Assembly (NCBI GenBank): GCA_028534125.1
Contig: CM052816.1
Coordinates: 40,488,001-40,552,000, forward strand
Source of the DNA: Lama glama
Lineage: Eukaryota
Reading direction: 5' to 3'
DNA: 64,000 nt
Under the pieces are notes generated by a model. The model did no database searches. It worked only from the letters and a program-made list of their open reading frames with translations, and was not told where the DNA came from. Made by a program: the position numbers and the translations under genes. Shown one piece after another: positions 41,452-53,620 of this stretch; position 1 is the stretch's first letter, and each line of letters opens with the position of its first letter.

Positions 41452-43013
41452 TTTTTTCCCTTTTTTTATTGAAGTATAGTTGGTTTATAATGTACTAGTT
41501 TCTGCTGTACAGCACAGTGATTCAGTTTTATATATGTGTGTGTGTGTGTATATGTGTATGTGTGTGTGTGTATACAGTTGAATATAGTTCCTTGTGTTAT
41601 ACAGTAGGAACTTGTTGTTCATCTGTTCTGTACATGGTAATTTGTATCAGCCAATTACAAACTCCCAATTTATCCTTCTCTCCCCACTTTCCCTCCCAGT
41701 AACCAGAAGTTTGTTTTCTGTGTCTGTGAGTCTCTTTCTGTTTTGTAAATAAGTTCATTTCTCTCATTTTTTTAGATTCCACATATAAGTGATAGCATAT
41801 GTCTTTCACTGACTGACTTACATCACTTAGTATAATAATCTATAGGTCCATCCATATTGCTGTAAATGACATTATTTCATTCTTTCTTATGACTGAGTAG
41901 TATTCTATGTGTGTATATATATATATGGATCACATTTTCTTTATCCATTTATCTGTCGATGACATTTAGGTTGCTTTCATATCTTGGCTGTTTCAAAAAG
42001 AGCTGCTATGAACATTTGGGTACATTTATCTTTTCAAATTAGTGTTTTATACAGATGCATGCCCAAGAGTGGGATTGCAAGATCATATGGTAACTATTTT
42101 TAGTTTTTTAAGGAATCTCCGTACTGTTTTCCGTAGTGACTACACAAATTTACATTCCAACCAACAGTGTAGGAGGGTTCCTTTTTCTCCACACCCTCTC
42201 CAGCATTTATTATTTGCAGGCTTTTCGATGATGGCTGTTCTGACAGGTGTGTGGTAATACTTCATTGTAGTTTTGATTTGCATTTCTCTAATAATTAGTC
42301 ATGTTGAGCATCTTTTCATGTACCTATTGGCCATCTGGATTTCTTCTTTGGAGAAATATTTATTTAGATATTCTGTCTGTTTTTTGATTGGATTGTTTTG
42401 TGGTTTTTTTTTTTATATTGAGCTGTGTGAGCTGCTTATATATTTTGGAAATTAATCCCTTGTCAGTCTCATCATTTGCAAATATTTTCTCCCATTCCAT
42501 AGGTTGTCTTTTTGTTTTATTTATGGTTTCCTTTGCTGTGCAAAAGCTTTTATGTTTAATTATGTCCCATTTGTTTACTTTTGTTTTTATTTCCGTTACT
42601 CCAGGAGATGGATCCAAGAAATATTGCTGTGGCTTATGTCAAAAAGTGTTCTGCCTTTGTTTTCCTCTACACGTTTTATACTATCTGATCTTACATTTAA
42701 GTCTTTAATCCATTTTGAGTTTATTTTGTATATGGTGTTAGAGAATATTCTAATTTCATTCTATTACATGTAGCTGTCCAGTTTTCCCAGCACCACTTAT
42801 TGAAGAGACTATCTTTTCTCCATTGTATATTCTTGCCTCCTTTGTCATAGATTAATTGACCATAAGTGCATGGGTTTATTTCTGGACTTTCTATCCTGTT
42901 TCATTTATCTATGTCTGTTTTTATGCCAGTACCGTACTGCTCTGATTTCTTTGTAGTATAGTCTGAAGTGAGGGATACTGATTCCTCCAGTTCTGTTCTT
43001 CTTTCTCAAGATA
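41452..43013 (-). mobile_element. 5'-truncated L1 (artiodactyl-type 3' UTR)
   Basis: Poly-T start 'tttttttattgaagtatagttg'; ORF 42360-42617 (-) KTKVNKWDIIKHKSFCTAKETINKTKRQPMEWEKIFAN is L1 ORF2. Confidence 0.95.
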
Positions 43014-43237
43014 GTATACAACTTTTTAGTAGAATTTTTCCCTCCACTTTGGTAATGCAGGTAATGGATTTAAACTTTCTTTAAAATAATAAGTATAAAG
43101 GCATAATCAAATATAAAGTTTGGCTTTTAAACTTAATTTCTTTATCCACATTCATTCTCATTTATTGTTAACCAGAGCAATTGCCCAAGAAAATAGACTT
43201 GAAGTAAACAGTTTATCAACTTATGTGGATAATAGTA

Positions 43238-43487
43238 CAAGCACACTTCAAAGGGATTGCAAGTTCAGTTCCAGATCACTGCAGTAGAGCAAGTCATATG
43301 ATTTTTTTGATTTCCCAGTGCATATGAAAGTTACGTTTACACTATATCATAGTCTATTAAGTGTGCAAGAACATTGCATCTAAAAAACAATGTACATACC
43401 TTAGTTAAAAATACTTTATTGCTAAAATATGCTCACCGTCATCTGAGCCTTCAGCTAGTCATAGTGCAATAAAGCAAGGTGTGCATA
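43238..43487 (-). mobile_element. Non-autonomous Tigger1 derivative (Tigger1a_Art-like MITE)
   Basis: The first ~225 bp parallel 27599-27840 of the full Tigger1, then the sequence jumps to the opposite terminus 'caataaagcaaggtgtgcata'; TA on both flanks. Confidence 0.85.
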
Positions 43488-44829
43488 TACTGAAAAGCAT
43501 GTGGTGGCCAAATACATTGGACTATTTAAAGTATTTTGTGGGCTTATTTGGGGTGGGATATATTCTAGGAATGAGGATACAGCAATCCAATTTCATCTGT
43601 ATCAAATATACTGAGGCTGTGGATAAGTGAAATGTACTGGTGGAGCCACAGCTGCTAATTCCATTGCCTCAAAATACGATGCTCACTCTTCCTCTCTAAA
43701 CCTTCTCCAGTTCCTGAGTAGGAATTTATGCTTCCTGTTTATATATCTTCTGATTAAAAAAATTAAAATCTAAAAAGCCAGAAGTCTGCATTTTATAATT
43801 GTGATAGATCCAACTTTGTACCTGTTGGCCAACAGTTGATTTTGCAAACCTTTGTATAGATCAACCTTTTAAAGGCAAAGTTAAACATATCTTTCAGAGT
43901 AATTACATCTGTCAGTGGTGTGTAGACACCAGAGTTTTATTGTAAATTATTTATTTGATCAATTCTCCACTTAAAATCTTTTAAAGTTTTTCTGTAGCCC
44001 ACCAATTAAAAAAATGATTCCTCAGCAAGCCAGTTCCTATCCTCCACAATATAGGCCCAACCTCAGTTAAATCCCTATGTTCTTTTTTCGTACCTGCGAG
44101 TACCTCTCATCATACTATTCCCATCTACTTTTCCATGTTATTTCACAGCCCCTTTCAAGTGCCATATTCTTCAAAAAGCTATTTTTTCTCCAAACCTGTA
44201 ATTGAGTTTTATCTTTTCCTTTTTCCTGGAACACCAGGGAATATTTATCTTCTCAGTCGACACCTAGGTCAGTTTGCTCAGTGGTCACACAGTTGCTTAG
44301 GTATTCCGTAGACAAAATAGCTGCACTTCAGGGCACATTCTGGCCTCAGAGGATGCCTGGCTTTAGCTTGTAGTGTGAGGGTGCTTTCAGTGTTGTAGAA
44401 AATAAGGGCGCTAATGTGTACTGAGTATTTACACAAAGCTGGACACTTGGTTTTATTCCTGGGAAATGTTCAAGTTGTTTTTAAATTTTTTTTCAATGTT
44501 TTGTAGGTTTAATGAAAACAACTGGTGTATTTAAGCTTTAAGAACAAATATATATTGCCAGGACCCATCTGTCAGAGAAATGATACTTGATGTATGCACC
44601 TCATATCCATTCATCTGCATGTTGCCATGAACATGTTGTCAGCTGGGAAACCTGTTACAGATGTACCCGTAAAGCATTAAACAAAATGACAGTTGTTGGG
44701 TGTAATACAAACAAATAATAATATGGATTCTTCTTGGTTATTTTTCTAATAGTACTGAAAACAAGTTTATGCCTGTTACTTATGAAAGTGCTTTTATCTC
44801 AGAGGATCACCTTTTATTCTGTGCTGTCA

Positions 44830-45070
44830 TTGCTGCTGGCTCCAATGGCTTTCATTGAATCAAACCACTTGCTTCTAGTCTAGCACCCTTCCATTTAGCT
44901 TCCAGAATCATCATCTTAAAATTCATGCTGATCATGCTACCTCTCTGCTCAAATGGCTTCTCATAAATTTGAGAATGAATTCCAGTTCCTTACCAACACA
45001 TTTAAGAATCTCTGTAATCTAAATCTAATCTAGCTCTTTATCGTTATTTCTCTTCTACACCCACTCTAGG
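44830..45070 (+). mobile_element. L2 fragment
   Basis: 'ccagaatcatcatcttaaaattcatgctgatcatgctacctctctgctcaaatggcttc'. Confidence 0.6.
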
Positions 45071-45107
45071 TTGGACAAATTCATTCCTTATGAAAATATT
45101 TTGAAGG

Positions 45108-45430
45108 TGTATCAGTCAGGGATTAATCCAAGAGATAGAAAACTCTCTAAGAATTTTAACAAGAAAGACATTCAGTGCAGGGGATTAAGTGACTACAGAA
45201 CTGATGTACATGCTGAAGGCCAAAAACTCGATTCTAACTCAGAGTCCAGGAATGATTTCCACAACAATATAGAAATGATTCACAAGGACAGCCACTTCCT
45301 CTAAAGCCACCACAGAAACTAATGTCAGAATCAAAGGGCTCTTACCAGAGATGACACCTGACTTTCAGAATACTGGAAAATGACGAACAAAGCTGCAGAG
45401 AAACTACCACCAGAACTGGCCTGAAAAGTG
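45108..45430 (-). mobile_element. Old ERVL-class LTR fragment
   Basis: Terminus 'tgtatcagtcagggattaatccaagagatagaaaactctctaag...cagtgcagggatt' resembles the ends of LTR33/LTR41-like elements. Confidence 0.45.
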
Positions 45431-45759
45431 ATCTCTGCTACATTTCTTCCTTACAGTCATCCTCTCCATCATCACTTTGGGGATCACGAGCTTCCTTCTT
45501 TGGGAGGAGTCTCTGGGAGACAGTGGTTGTCCTTTAGAGAGTTTCTTTTTCTGATATATTAGCATTTGATTGAGGTTCTTAAATGTTTATCTTACAATAT
45601 CACTATTTATGAGATGAAATATTCTCTGGTAAAGGATTTGAAAGACAGATAAAGATAATGAGATTGTGATGAAGAAACAGTTGAAATATTTGACTAATCT
45701 AAATTTATCTATATAGGTTTAATTTCTATTTCCTAATAATTCAGCACTATAGAAAAGAT

Positions 45760-45970
45760 CTTTTGTGACCTGGCCACTTTACACATGTTATCTTGTAATC
45801 TTTTCAACGACTTTCCACTTATTACCTATTATTACCTAGGTATTCTTATCCCAATTTAATAGATGAAGAAAGTTAATCTCAGTAAGGTAAAAAGATTTTC
45901 CCAAGTTTAAATAGAAAAGGTTAGTATTCAGAGTTAATTATGCCTGTTATCAGTGCTCTTTCTTCTGTAA
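45760..45970 (-). mobile_element. MIR SINE
   Basis: 'tattcttatcccaatttaatagatgaagaaagttaatctcagtaaggtaaaaagattttcccaag'. Confidence 0.65.
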
Positions 45971-46912
45971 AATAATACTCATTTTTTATGTTTAAACTTA
46001 TGCCAGTAGATAACATTAAAAACTTATTGTGGTTTTGATTGTTTAAAACTGGGTAATGAAGGTAAATGGAAATAGACATGTTTCAGTTAAACTCCATAAA
46101 AAGGTAATTTTATGTATCTATTATTGTGAAAGAACCATTTACATTATTTAAATAGTGTAGAGAGGATTATTTGGCAAGTGTTCAAGTTACTCATAGGGGA
46201 AAAGCAATACTATTTCAATTGTGGACAATTATTGTTACAATGTGTCCTTTTTTCCCCTTAATAATTGCATGTTCCCTCTTGTCACATCTGCACAAGACAG
46301 AATAATTAACGTACATTAGCTGCATTGTGGAAGGGACATTTGGTTTTAATTAACATTGGACCATAAGAAAGGCAATTTGCTTTATATTACCATTCATTAT
46401 TTGATGCACACATACACACATACACACAGAGTCTGTGCACAGAAAGTCAACAATGTGAAATGTTACAAAGCTTCTCAATCTGGCATTACACTAAGCCTAC
46501 CTAAGAATATATAAAATGTTTTATGCAGAGAAATTCATTTCTTCTCTCTGACATTTTAGACAATTGTGTGGCATACTAATGTAAAACGATTTAAGACCAG
46601 AAATTAGTTTTATAGTGATTATTCCAAAATTGAACTGGATAATGAGTAATACCCCTGGTGTTCGTATGGCAAGGGCAGTAATCCAGAACTCACTGGAGAT
46701 TGAAAGTACAATGCATATTCATTTTAAGTTATAACTTAAAGATGCAGGACTGATATCTCTTTTTCTACTAGATTTTGGTGGAAAAGAAATTTATCTTATG
46801 ATTGATTAAAGTGTCAATTAAACTTATTTCACATATGGTAGGAATGCATTCAGACAGCCTGTGTGATAAACTATAGTAACCTTATTCCTCCACTAGGAGG
46901 ATGTTGACCATG

Positions 46913-47427
46913 TGTATCAGTTAGCTTTTGCTGTATAACAAATGACTCTAAATATTAGTGGTTTAAAATAGCAACCATTTATTTAACTCATGAGGCTATG
47001 ATTTCGCAGTTGGACTGGCCTTATCTGTGCAGTTGTTCTTGTCTCTGTGGGGCTCACATATCTAAGCTCAACAGTATGGTCATCTGGAAAGTGATCACGT
47101 AGAATGATAGCAGCTAAAAGGATGTCTTTGCTCCCTGTTGTCTCTCACTCTTCAGCAGGCCAGCTGGAACTTGTTTACATGACAACTGGGCATGATTCCA
47201 ACAAAGAAAGCTGAAGTGACTTTGGACTTGAGCCCCATACTCAGAATTGGCATGCTGTCACTTATGCTACATTCTTTGGACAACCAAGTCACGTAGACAG
47301 CCCATATTTCAAGAGATGGAAATAGAAACTCTACTCCTTGACAGAAAAATTTAAAGTGACATTGAAAGGGTGTGAACATAAGGAGGCCTGAGGGATTATA
47401 ACCAGTTTTTCAATCTACTGTTTCACA
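46913..47427 (-). mobile_element. MLT1 (MLT1F/G/H-like) solo LTR
   Basis: tgtatcagttagcttttgctgtataacaaa...gtcacttatgctacattctttgg...caagtcac...tttcaca; TG...CA termini. Confidence 0.85.
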
Positions 47428-47787
47428 TTGGGAAACAAATTTTGTGGCTGTGGTTGTTTGCTTGATAATGAAGTTTCCTACAAACAAAAAGTAGGCTTTA
47501 CAGAACGGATGTGTATATATTACTCTTCCAGACTTCCCAGACCTTTTCATTGTCACCTCTGGCTCAACATGAGTATGTTGACTCCTATGACTCCTCAGTG
47601 AGATTCATTCCTAGTTCCTTAGACTGCTGTTCAGTGGTTCTGCTTGTATCAATTTAATTTAACATCCAAGTCTTCTATGTAAATATTTCTATGTAAGGCT
47701 TTTCTGCTCCCCCAAAGTTGATTCCCTGAGAATCTCTTATGAAAACCAATTATTCTCTCTTTTTCATATAGCGTTTTCATGTTGTAG

Positions 47788-48119
47788 GAGTTGCCCTTTG
47801 GTATCCACAGGAGTTTGGTTCCAAGACCATCCCCCATCCCCCATCCCCATGCCTTGGATACCAAAATCTACAGATGTTCCATCCCTTGTAGAAAATGGCT
47901 TAGTATTTGCATATAACCTACACAAATCCTCCTTTATACTTTAAATCATCTCTTGATTACTTATAATATCTAATACAGTGTAAATGCTATGTAGATAGTT
48001 ACTGGTGTGTGACATTCTAGTTTTGCTTTTTGGAACTTTCTGGATTTCTAAAAAATAGTTTCTATTCATAATTGGTTGAAACCATGGATGCAGAATTCAA
48101 GGATATTGAGGGCCAATGG
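47788..48119 (+). mobile_element. MER2B-like (Tigger2-derived) MITE
   Basis: 'ggataccaaaatctacagatg...agtatttgcatataacctacac...tactttaaatcatctc...ttgctttttggaactttctgg...ttggttgaaaccatggatgcagaa'. Confidence 0.88.
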
Positions 48120-49189
48120 TGTTCTGTTTCTCATTTCTGTAGTATTATTCTCAAATTTACTTTATACTTTTAGAGATAATCTCTACATCTGAGGTCTTTC
48201 CTACATAAAACTCATTCCCTTGAAAATGTGTTCTCTAATTAACTACACTTAATATTTACCTTCATTTGAATTTACTTAGAAATTGTCTGTATCACATGTG
48301 TTTTAAATATTTTTTGATGGAATTGATTTTGTTATATTCCTGATCTTTGTATCTCCATTGTAATACCTTGTGGGGCAAGAATAACATTGTTTCCTTTGTA
48401 GTATTTATACAATTTACTACTCCAGATATCTAATTATTATTGGAGCTAAATCAGTGTATGTCATCTCTTTGTCCATATTTACATATAAATACATATAAAT
48501 ACGTATGTATACATATATATGTGCATTTATATAAATAAATGTATATATTTAGATAGATGGTTGTATAGATAAATAGAAAAATAGGTATATTTTGACACTT
48601 AAGTCACCATTTGAATGTCAGATATAGTAACTAACACATTCTTAAAATTTCAGTGTATTTATAGACACAAGGCATTCTGTTTTCGTCTTTATATCCCTTA
48701 TGCACATACATATATTTGAACAATAATCAAATATATGTGTGTGCATAATTGTGTCCATGGTGATATTTTAAAAATTATTTTTGACAAGAATGGCAATGAA
48801 ATTTACACTCTGAAATAAGGAGTTACTAAAGGACAATGAGATGTGGAATGAAAGTAGTAAGACTCTTGAATAAAAATATACTGGTTTAAGTTTTTAAAAA
48901 TTTAATGTTCAGTACATAAAAGAAAATGAGGATTAAAGTTATATTCCTCTGAAAAAACATTTTTGGCTGACTTTTAATCTATATAAATAACAGAACACAG
49001 GATATGTAATAGTTCTAACTTTGTTTACTTTAATACAATCGGAGTCAAAATCTGAAATTCCTTCAAATGTCAGAGATATTCATTTTGTTTTAAAATTGGA
49101 AAAGGGCCCTATTTTTATCTTGATGATTTGTAGTTAGATGTATCTGATCACACTTAAATTGTAACCCTTGACACCTTGAACTGTACTAA

Positions 49190-49340
49190 CACAGTAATTG
49201 TTAGGAACTAAAGCTCTTGTATCAGATGATCCTGGGTTTAAATCCTTCTATCACTTAAATACTGTTTTTGATATTAAGATACTTCACCTCTTTAATGCCA
49301 AGTTTTCTCATCTGTGAACAGATATGAATAAGAATCACAC
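49190..49340 (+). mobile_element. MIR SINE fragment
   Basis: 'cctgggtttaaatcc...tacttcacctctttaatgccaagttttctcatctgtgaa'. Confidence 0.65.
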
Positions 49341-49504
49341 TATTTTTCTGGTATGGCTAAGTGAAAAAATCAGACATAATAAAAATGGAGATGATGATAC
49401 AAAAATCAGATGAACTTCCCTAACTTTCCTACATACCAGTGTGTGTTTATTATAAGAAAAGACAGTAAATTTTTCTCAGGCTTGTGTTATTTGTGAAAAT
49501 GGGA

Positions 49505-49729
49505 ATTTTCAGGTGTAGCCATCATAGAAAATAGTATGAAGATTCCTCAAAAAACTAAAAATAGACTTACTGTATGATCCAGCAATCCCACTTCTGGGCA
49601 TATATCCAGAGAGAACCCTAATTTGAAAAGACACACACCCCAATGTTCACAGCAGCACTATTTATGATAGCCAAAACATGGAATCAACCTAAATGTCCAT
49701 CAAAAGATAATTGGATAAAGAATTTGTAG

Positions 49730-49774
<45 letters not shown>

Positions 49775-50088
49775 TATATATCATGGAATACTACTCAGCC
49801 ATAAAAAAGAACAAAATAATGCCATTTACAGCAACATGGATGGACGGGTGGAGAGATAAATTGGGAGTTCAGGATTTGCAGATACTAACTATTATATACA
49901 AAAAAGATAAACAGCAGGGTTCTACTGTATAGCACAGGGAAGGATATTTATTACCTTATAATAGCCTATAAAGAAAAAGAATATGAAAAGGAATATATAT
50001 ATACTTATGTATAACTGAATCATTATGCTATGCACCATAAATTAACACATTATAAACTGACTATAATAAAAAATGAAAAAATAAATAA
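49505..50088 (+). mobile_element. Short 5'-truncated L1 3' end with an internal deletion and a (TA)n(TG)n tract
   Basis: 'tatgatccagcaatcccacttctgggcatatatccaga', 'ggaatactactcagccataaaaaagaacaaaataatgccatttacagcaacatggatggac', A-rich tail at ~50065-50088. Confidence 0.92.
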
Positions 50089-51004
50089 GCAATTAATTGG
50101 GTACTGAAATGTAAAAAAAACCCTACTTCTTGGTATTACACATATTTATTAATAAGATAATATGTATACATGCACCTACAATCATTTCTAGTAAATCAAC
50201 ATTCCATAAAGATAACTTCCTTCTCAAAAAGTCTTGAGGTCCAATTGTTGTGGTAGACTATCTTAGCAGGCTATGTAATGATAACAAGGTTAGGTGTCTG
50301 TGAACAGTCTATGACATACATTATAAGTATCTTGTGTCACAAGGGCCCTGAGAGTTGGAACACCATATATTGGGCAGAGCAACACATATGGATAATAACA
50401 CTAGCAGGTGTGTATTCTACCATTTTAAAAATGAAGAAATCAGAGTTCACAAAGGTTGACATACCCAAAGGCATCCAATTAGGTCTTCTGATCCCAAAAC
50501 TCATCAAATTTTCTTCTATTCACATGCACACATGCACACATACACATACCTCAGTTAAAACACTTTTGTTTGAAACAGCTTTTAAAGAGAGCACTTTTAG
50601 TTTAAAGTAATCTCTTAGGATCAATGATCTCTTTTCACCTATCAGCATAAGACAAAATAAGTAATTAGAATGTTTTAAAATCAACATATTACCAAGAGGC
50701 CTTGGACATTTATAAATAAAACATCCATCACAATATTTAGAAATTCAAATAAAATGGAAAATACTATAACTCAAAAATTATAGCCTGTTTGTAAAGCATT
50801 TATAAAAGTTAATGCATACTTTTACACACTCAGTTATTATTTTCAATTACATTTTAATAATAAGTTCTGTTAGGCACTTTATTTTAAGTCTTATATGAAA
50901 GAGTTCATTCTTTCTGTTTTTAAAAAATACTTCTGCTTCTATTTTGTTTAATTAGTATTATAATTCACAAGACAAATAATGCAAATAAAAACATACATTT
51001 CATG

Positions 51005-52908
51005 GAGACCTCCAGCTCCGCTAGGCAGACTACACAGCCTTCTGTTACCATCCATCCCTGCCAGTGCCTCCTCAGTGGTGAGCTCTCACGTCATGATGCC
51101 CTCCTCTGCTTTTTCCTGCTTCTGCCTAGCTGCTTTCTGGTTCCAGCTGGAGCCAAGGTTTTATAGCCACCTAGTCAGCTGCCAGACAGCTTCCTCGGCT
51201 CCATATTGTCATCACAGCCTGATGGCAGTAGCAGTAAAATCTTTCACTGTAGACTCGGATTATCAACAACCCTCAGTTGGCCAAGCAAAGTGTAGAGCCA
51301 TCCCAAACTGCAAATGAGAGACCCATACCAAGCACTCTCAACCATGAAACACAAGGATCCCCCCAAAAAGTAAAAAAGAAGCTTTGATTCAAGGTTTGGG
51401 GAGAAAGATGAAATGCAAGGACACCCTTCTTCATCATGGAAATCAACACTTAACATCGGAGAAGATGTTTAACATATTGCTGGGCTTCAAGCTCATATGA
51501 CATTGAGGCATGACATTGAGCACAGCACAGCTCAGAACATACACGACTGCAGGTTCCTAAGTCACAAGCAAGAAGTAGATCATCCTCAAAGGAAGATGTG
51601 AGTGATCAGCATGCAATCTGGGTGAAATTTTACCTGCCACATTTCATTCAAATGCCAGAGAACATACTGAGTGAAGAGAAAAGATTCTACAGAACGGACT
51701 TCAAAGAGAGTGGACTGCCAGCTCCTCATGTGTCATGCTGTATAAATGGAAGACCAGTTCCATGACATGATTTTTGCAAAATGATAGTGTCCTAGAAGGG
51801 TTTTCATTCACTCATGTTTGACATGATCAAAGGTTCAGATTCCAGGGCTTATGTACTTGTTTCTATAAACAGATCAGGAGAAGCCACCTTTACTCTGCAG
51901 CTGGACCTCCTTGCAAAACAATGTGACAGAGCATCAATGTTTATCTACAGACCACAGAGGCAAAAAGTTTTTGAGGGAGACTCAGTGAAACTAGGAAGCC
52001 GGATCTCAACTGCACCTCCACCAAACGTGTTCTAGAAAAGAAATCAAGAAATGGTACAATTCAGCACTGACTGAATAAGCTGACAGCATGATCGCTCTTT
52101 ACTGATAAAAGATGTAAACAGGAATGATGTTCAGTGATGTACTGTCTGCAGTTGATGAAGCTAAGGTAATAAGTGACTGCCTGTAAAACATCAAATTCTT
52201 CTAACTCCAAAGCACTTACGTGTTCACTGAACTTCCAACAAGTAGTCAACACTTAACAGGAAAGGTCTGGATGTGAAACGAGCTTCTAACCTAGGAGGAG
52301 AGTTTCAGCATCTGGCAGTTCAGTCTGGACTCTGTGAAAGTGAAAAACTGGAATAACTTCACCAATGTTGAAAAACATAGCAACTGCATTATTAGTAATA
52401 TATTTGATTGAATTGTTGAAATGAAGTCATAACTATTATGGCTTTAATAGGTAATATAACCAATATACACATAAGTACATGTGGACATAGACATACACTA
52501 TTATGCATACAAATACACACATAATATTTACACATAAATATAAAACATGTATAAGTGTGAGAATTTATAATATTACTTATCCTTTGACTCTTACACATTT
52601 GAGCTGCTCTTCTGGTCTGGGAAGCCTACAGAAAATACGGGTTTCTAATTGTAGAAGACTATATTAAGATGGGAGATTTTTAACATTTAAGTCATGCAAA
52701 CTTAACAGTGGCAGGTTGAGAGTTAATATCAACTTTAATAATACATCTAATACTTCTAATTAAGTTTACTGGTACTGCTTTCTAAATACTGTTAACCTGT
52801 TTTCTCTTGTACTTACTAACAAGGTAGAGATGATCTGAATGTTCCATAGTTTCATATCAAAAGAGAATAAAATTTGAAATATTTAAACCAAACAATAAGA
52901 ACAAAAAA
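51005..52908 (+). pseudogene. MYOT: Processed (retrotransposed) pseudogene of myotilin, 5'-truncated and disabled
   Basis: Manual translation, collinear with recalled human MYOT: ETSSSARQTTQPSVTIHPCQC (51005; MYOT ETSSFSSQTKQSSIIIQPRQC); KEALIQGLGRKMKCKDTLLHHGNQ; EHTRLQVPKSQARSRSSSKEDV; Ig1 FYLPHFIQMPENILSEEKRFYRTDFKESGLPAP...GEATFTLQLDLLAK; Ig2 MFIYRPQRQKVFEGDSVKL; C-terminus GEFQHLAVQSGLCESEKLE* (stop 52354-52356). No introns; 3' UTR follows, with AATAAA at 52866-52871 and an A-rich tail at ~52890-52908. Internal stops (e.g. 51763, 51793, 52033) and frameshifts. Confidence 0.95.
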
Positions 52909-53399
52909 TATTTCCTTTTATACTATAATAAGTAGCTTTTTATCTAAGCGATTTTTTAGGAAAAACACCCCGAAGTGAATTATGATTAATTTTAAACTTT
53001 CCTCTGAGTCTGAGTTTTGTCTGTTTTCACCTCTATTCATGACTTTCTTACTACTTTATTTTCCATCAAATTCATTTTTTGAACAAAACGTTCTTATAGA
53101 GCTATATAAATCGTGCTAATTTTGGAAATTAAGAGAACTAACAGTGAACCCCAGGGAGAGACTCAGTATAATCACACAGTCAGTAAGGCATCATCTGATT
53201 CTAGATTTGCTTACTTACTCAGTGTTATCACATCAAGATGCTAGCTTTTCCTTTTCTGCAAAAAATTATATATATAATTGATTTGTTGAAATCACTAAAT
53301 ATATACTTTTCTTTTATTTCAAATTTCTAATTCAGAATGATGCATGACAAACAGAACAGCTTACGTTTTAGGGACCAGGAGAGAAAGTGAATACCATTT

Positions 53400-53620
53400 T
53401 AATATTTAATGAGTCAGGCATTATGATGCTTGACATTTATTATCTTATTTGGCTCGTTAAAAAAATCTTGCAAGATGAAATCATCCCCACTTTACAGATG
53501 GCGAACTAAGACTTAGAAAACTTAAGTCCGTTGTTCAGGAGGATGTATCTCTGAGAGTGCTTGGACTGTTTCCTAGCTGGCATGATTCAAAAATTAATAT
53601 TCTGAAGTCTTACAGCCTTC
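53400..53620 (-). mobile_element. MIR SINE
   Basis: 'atcatccccactttacagatggcgaactaagacttagaaaacttaagt'. Confidence 0.65.

Noticed and set aside
47830..47852. (CCCCCAT)n tract, a potential G-quadruplex on the minus strand
   Set aside because: Simple expansion of the C-run inside a MER2B element; no evidence of function.
50979..51317. 112-aa ORF read as a novel gene or chimeric retrogene
   Set aside because: It is mostly an off-frame read-through of the frameshifted MYOT pseudogene, and no promoter or CpG island lies upstream.
53219..53255. 37-nt minus-strand exon candidate (ttttttgcag...gtaagt)
   Set aside because: Stop codons in all three frames and a short pyrimidine tract; at most non-coding, and unsupported.
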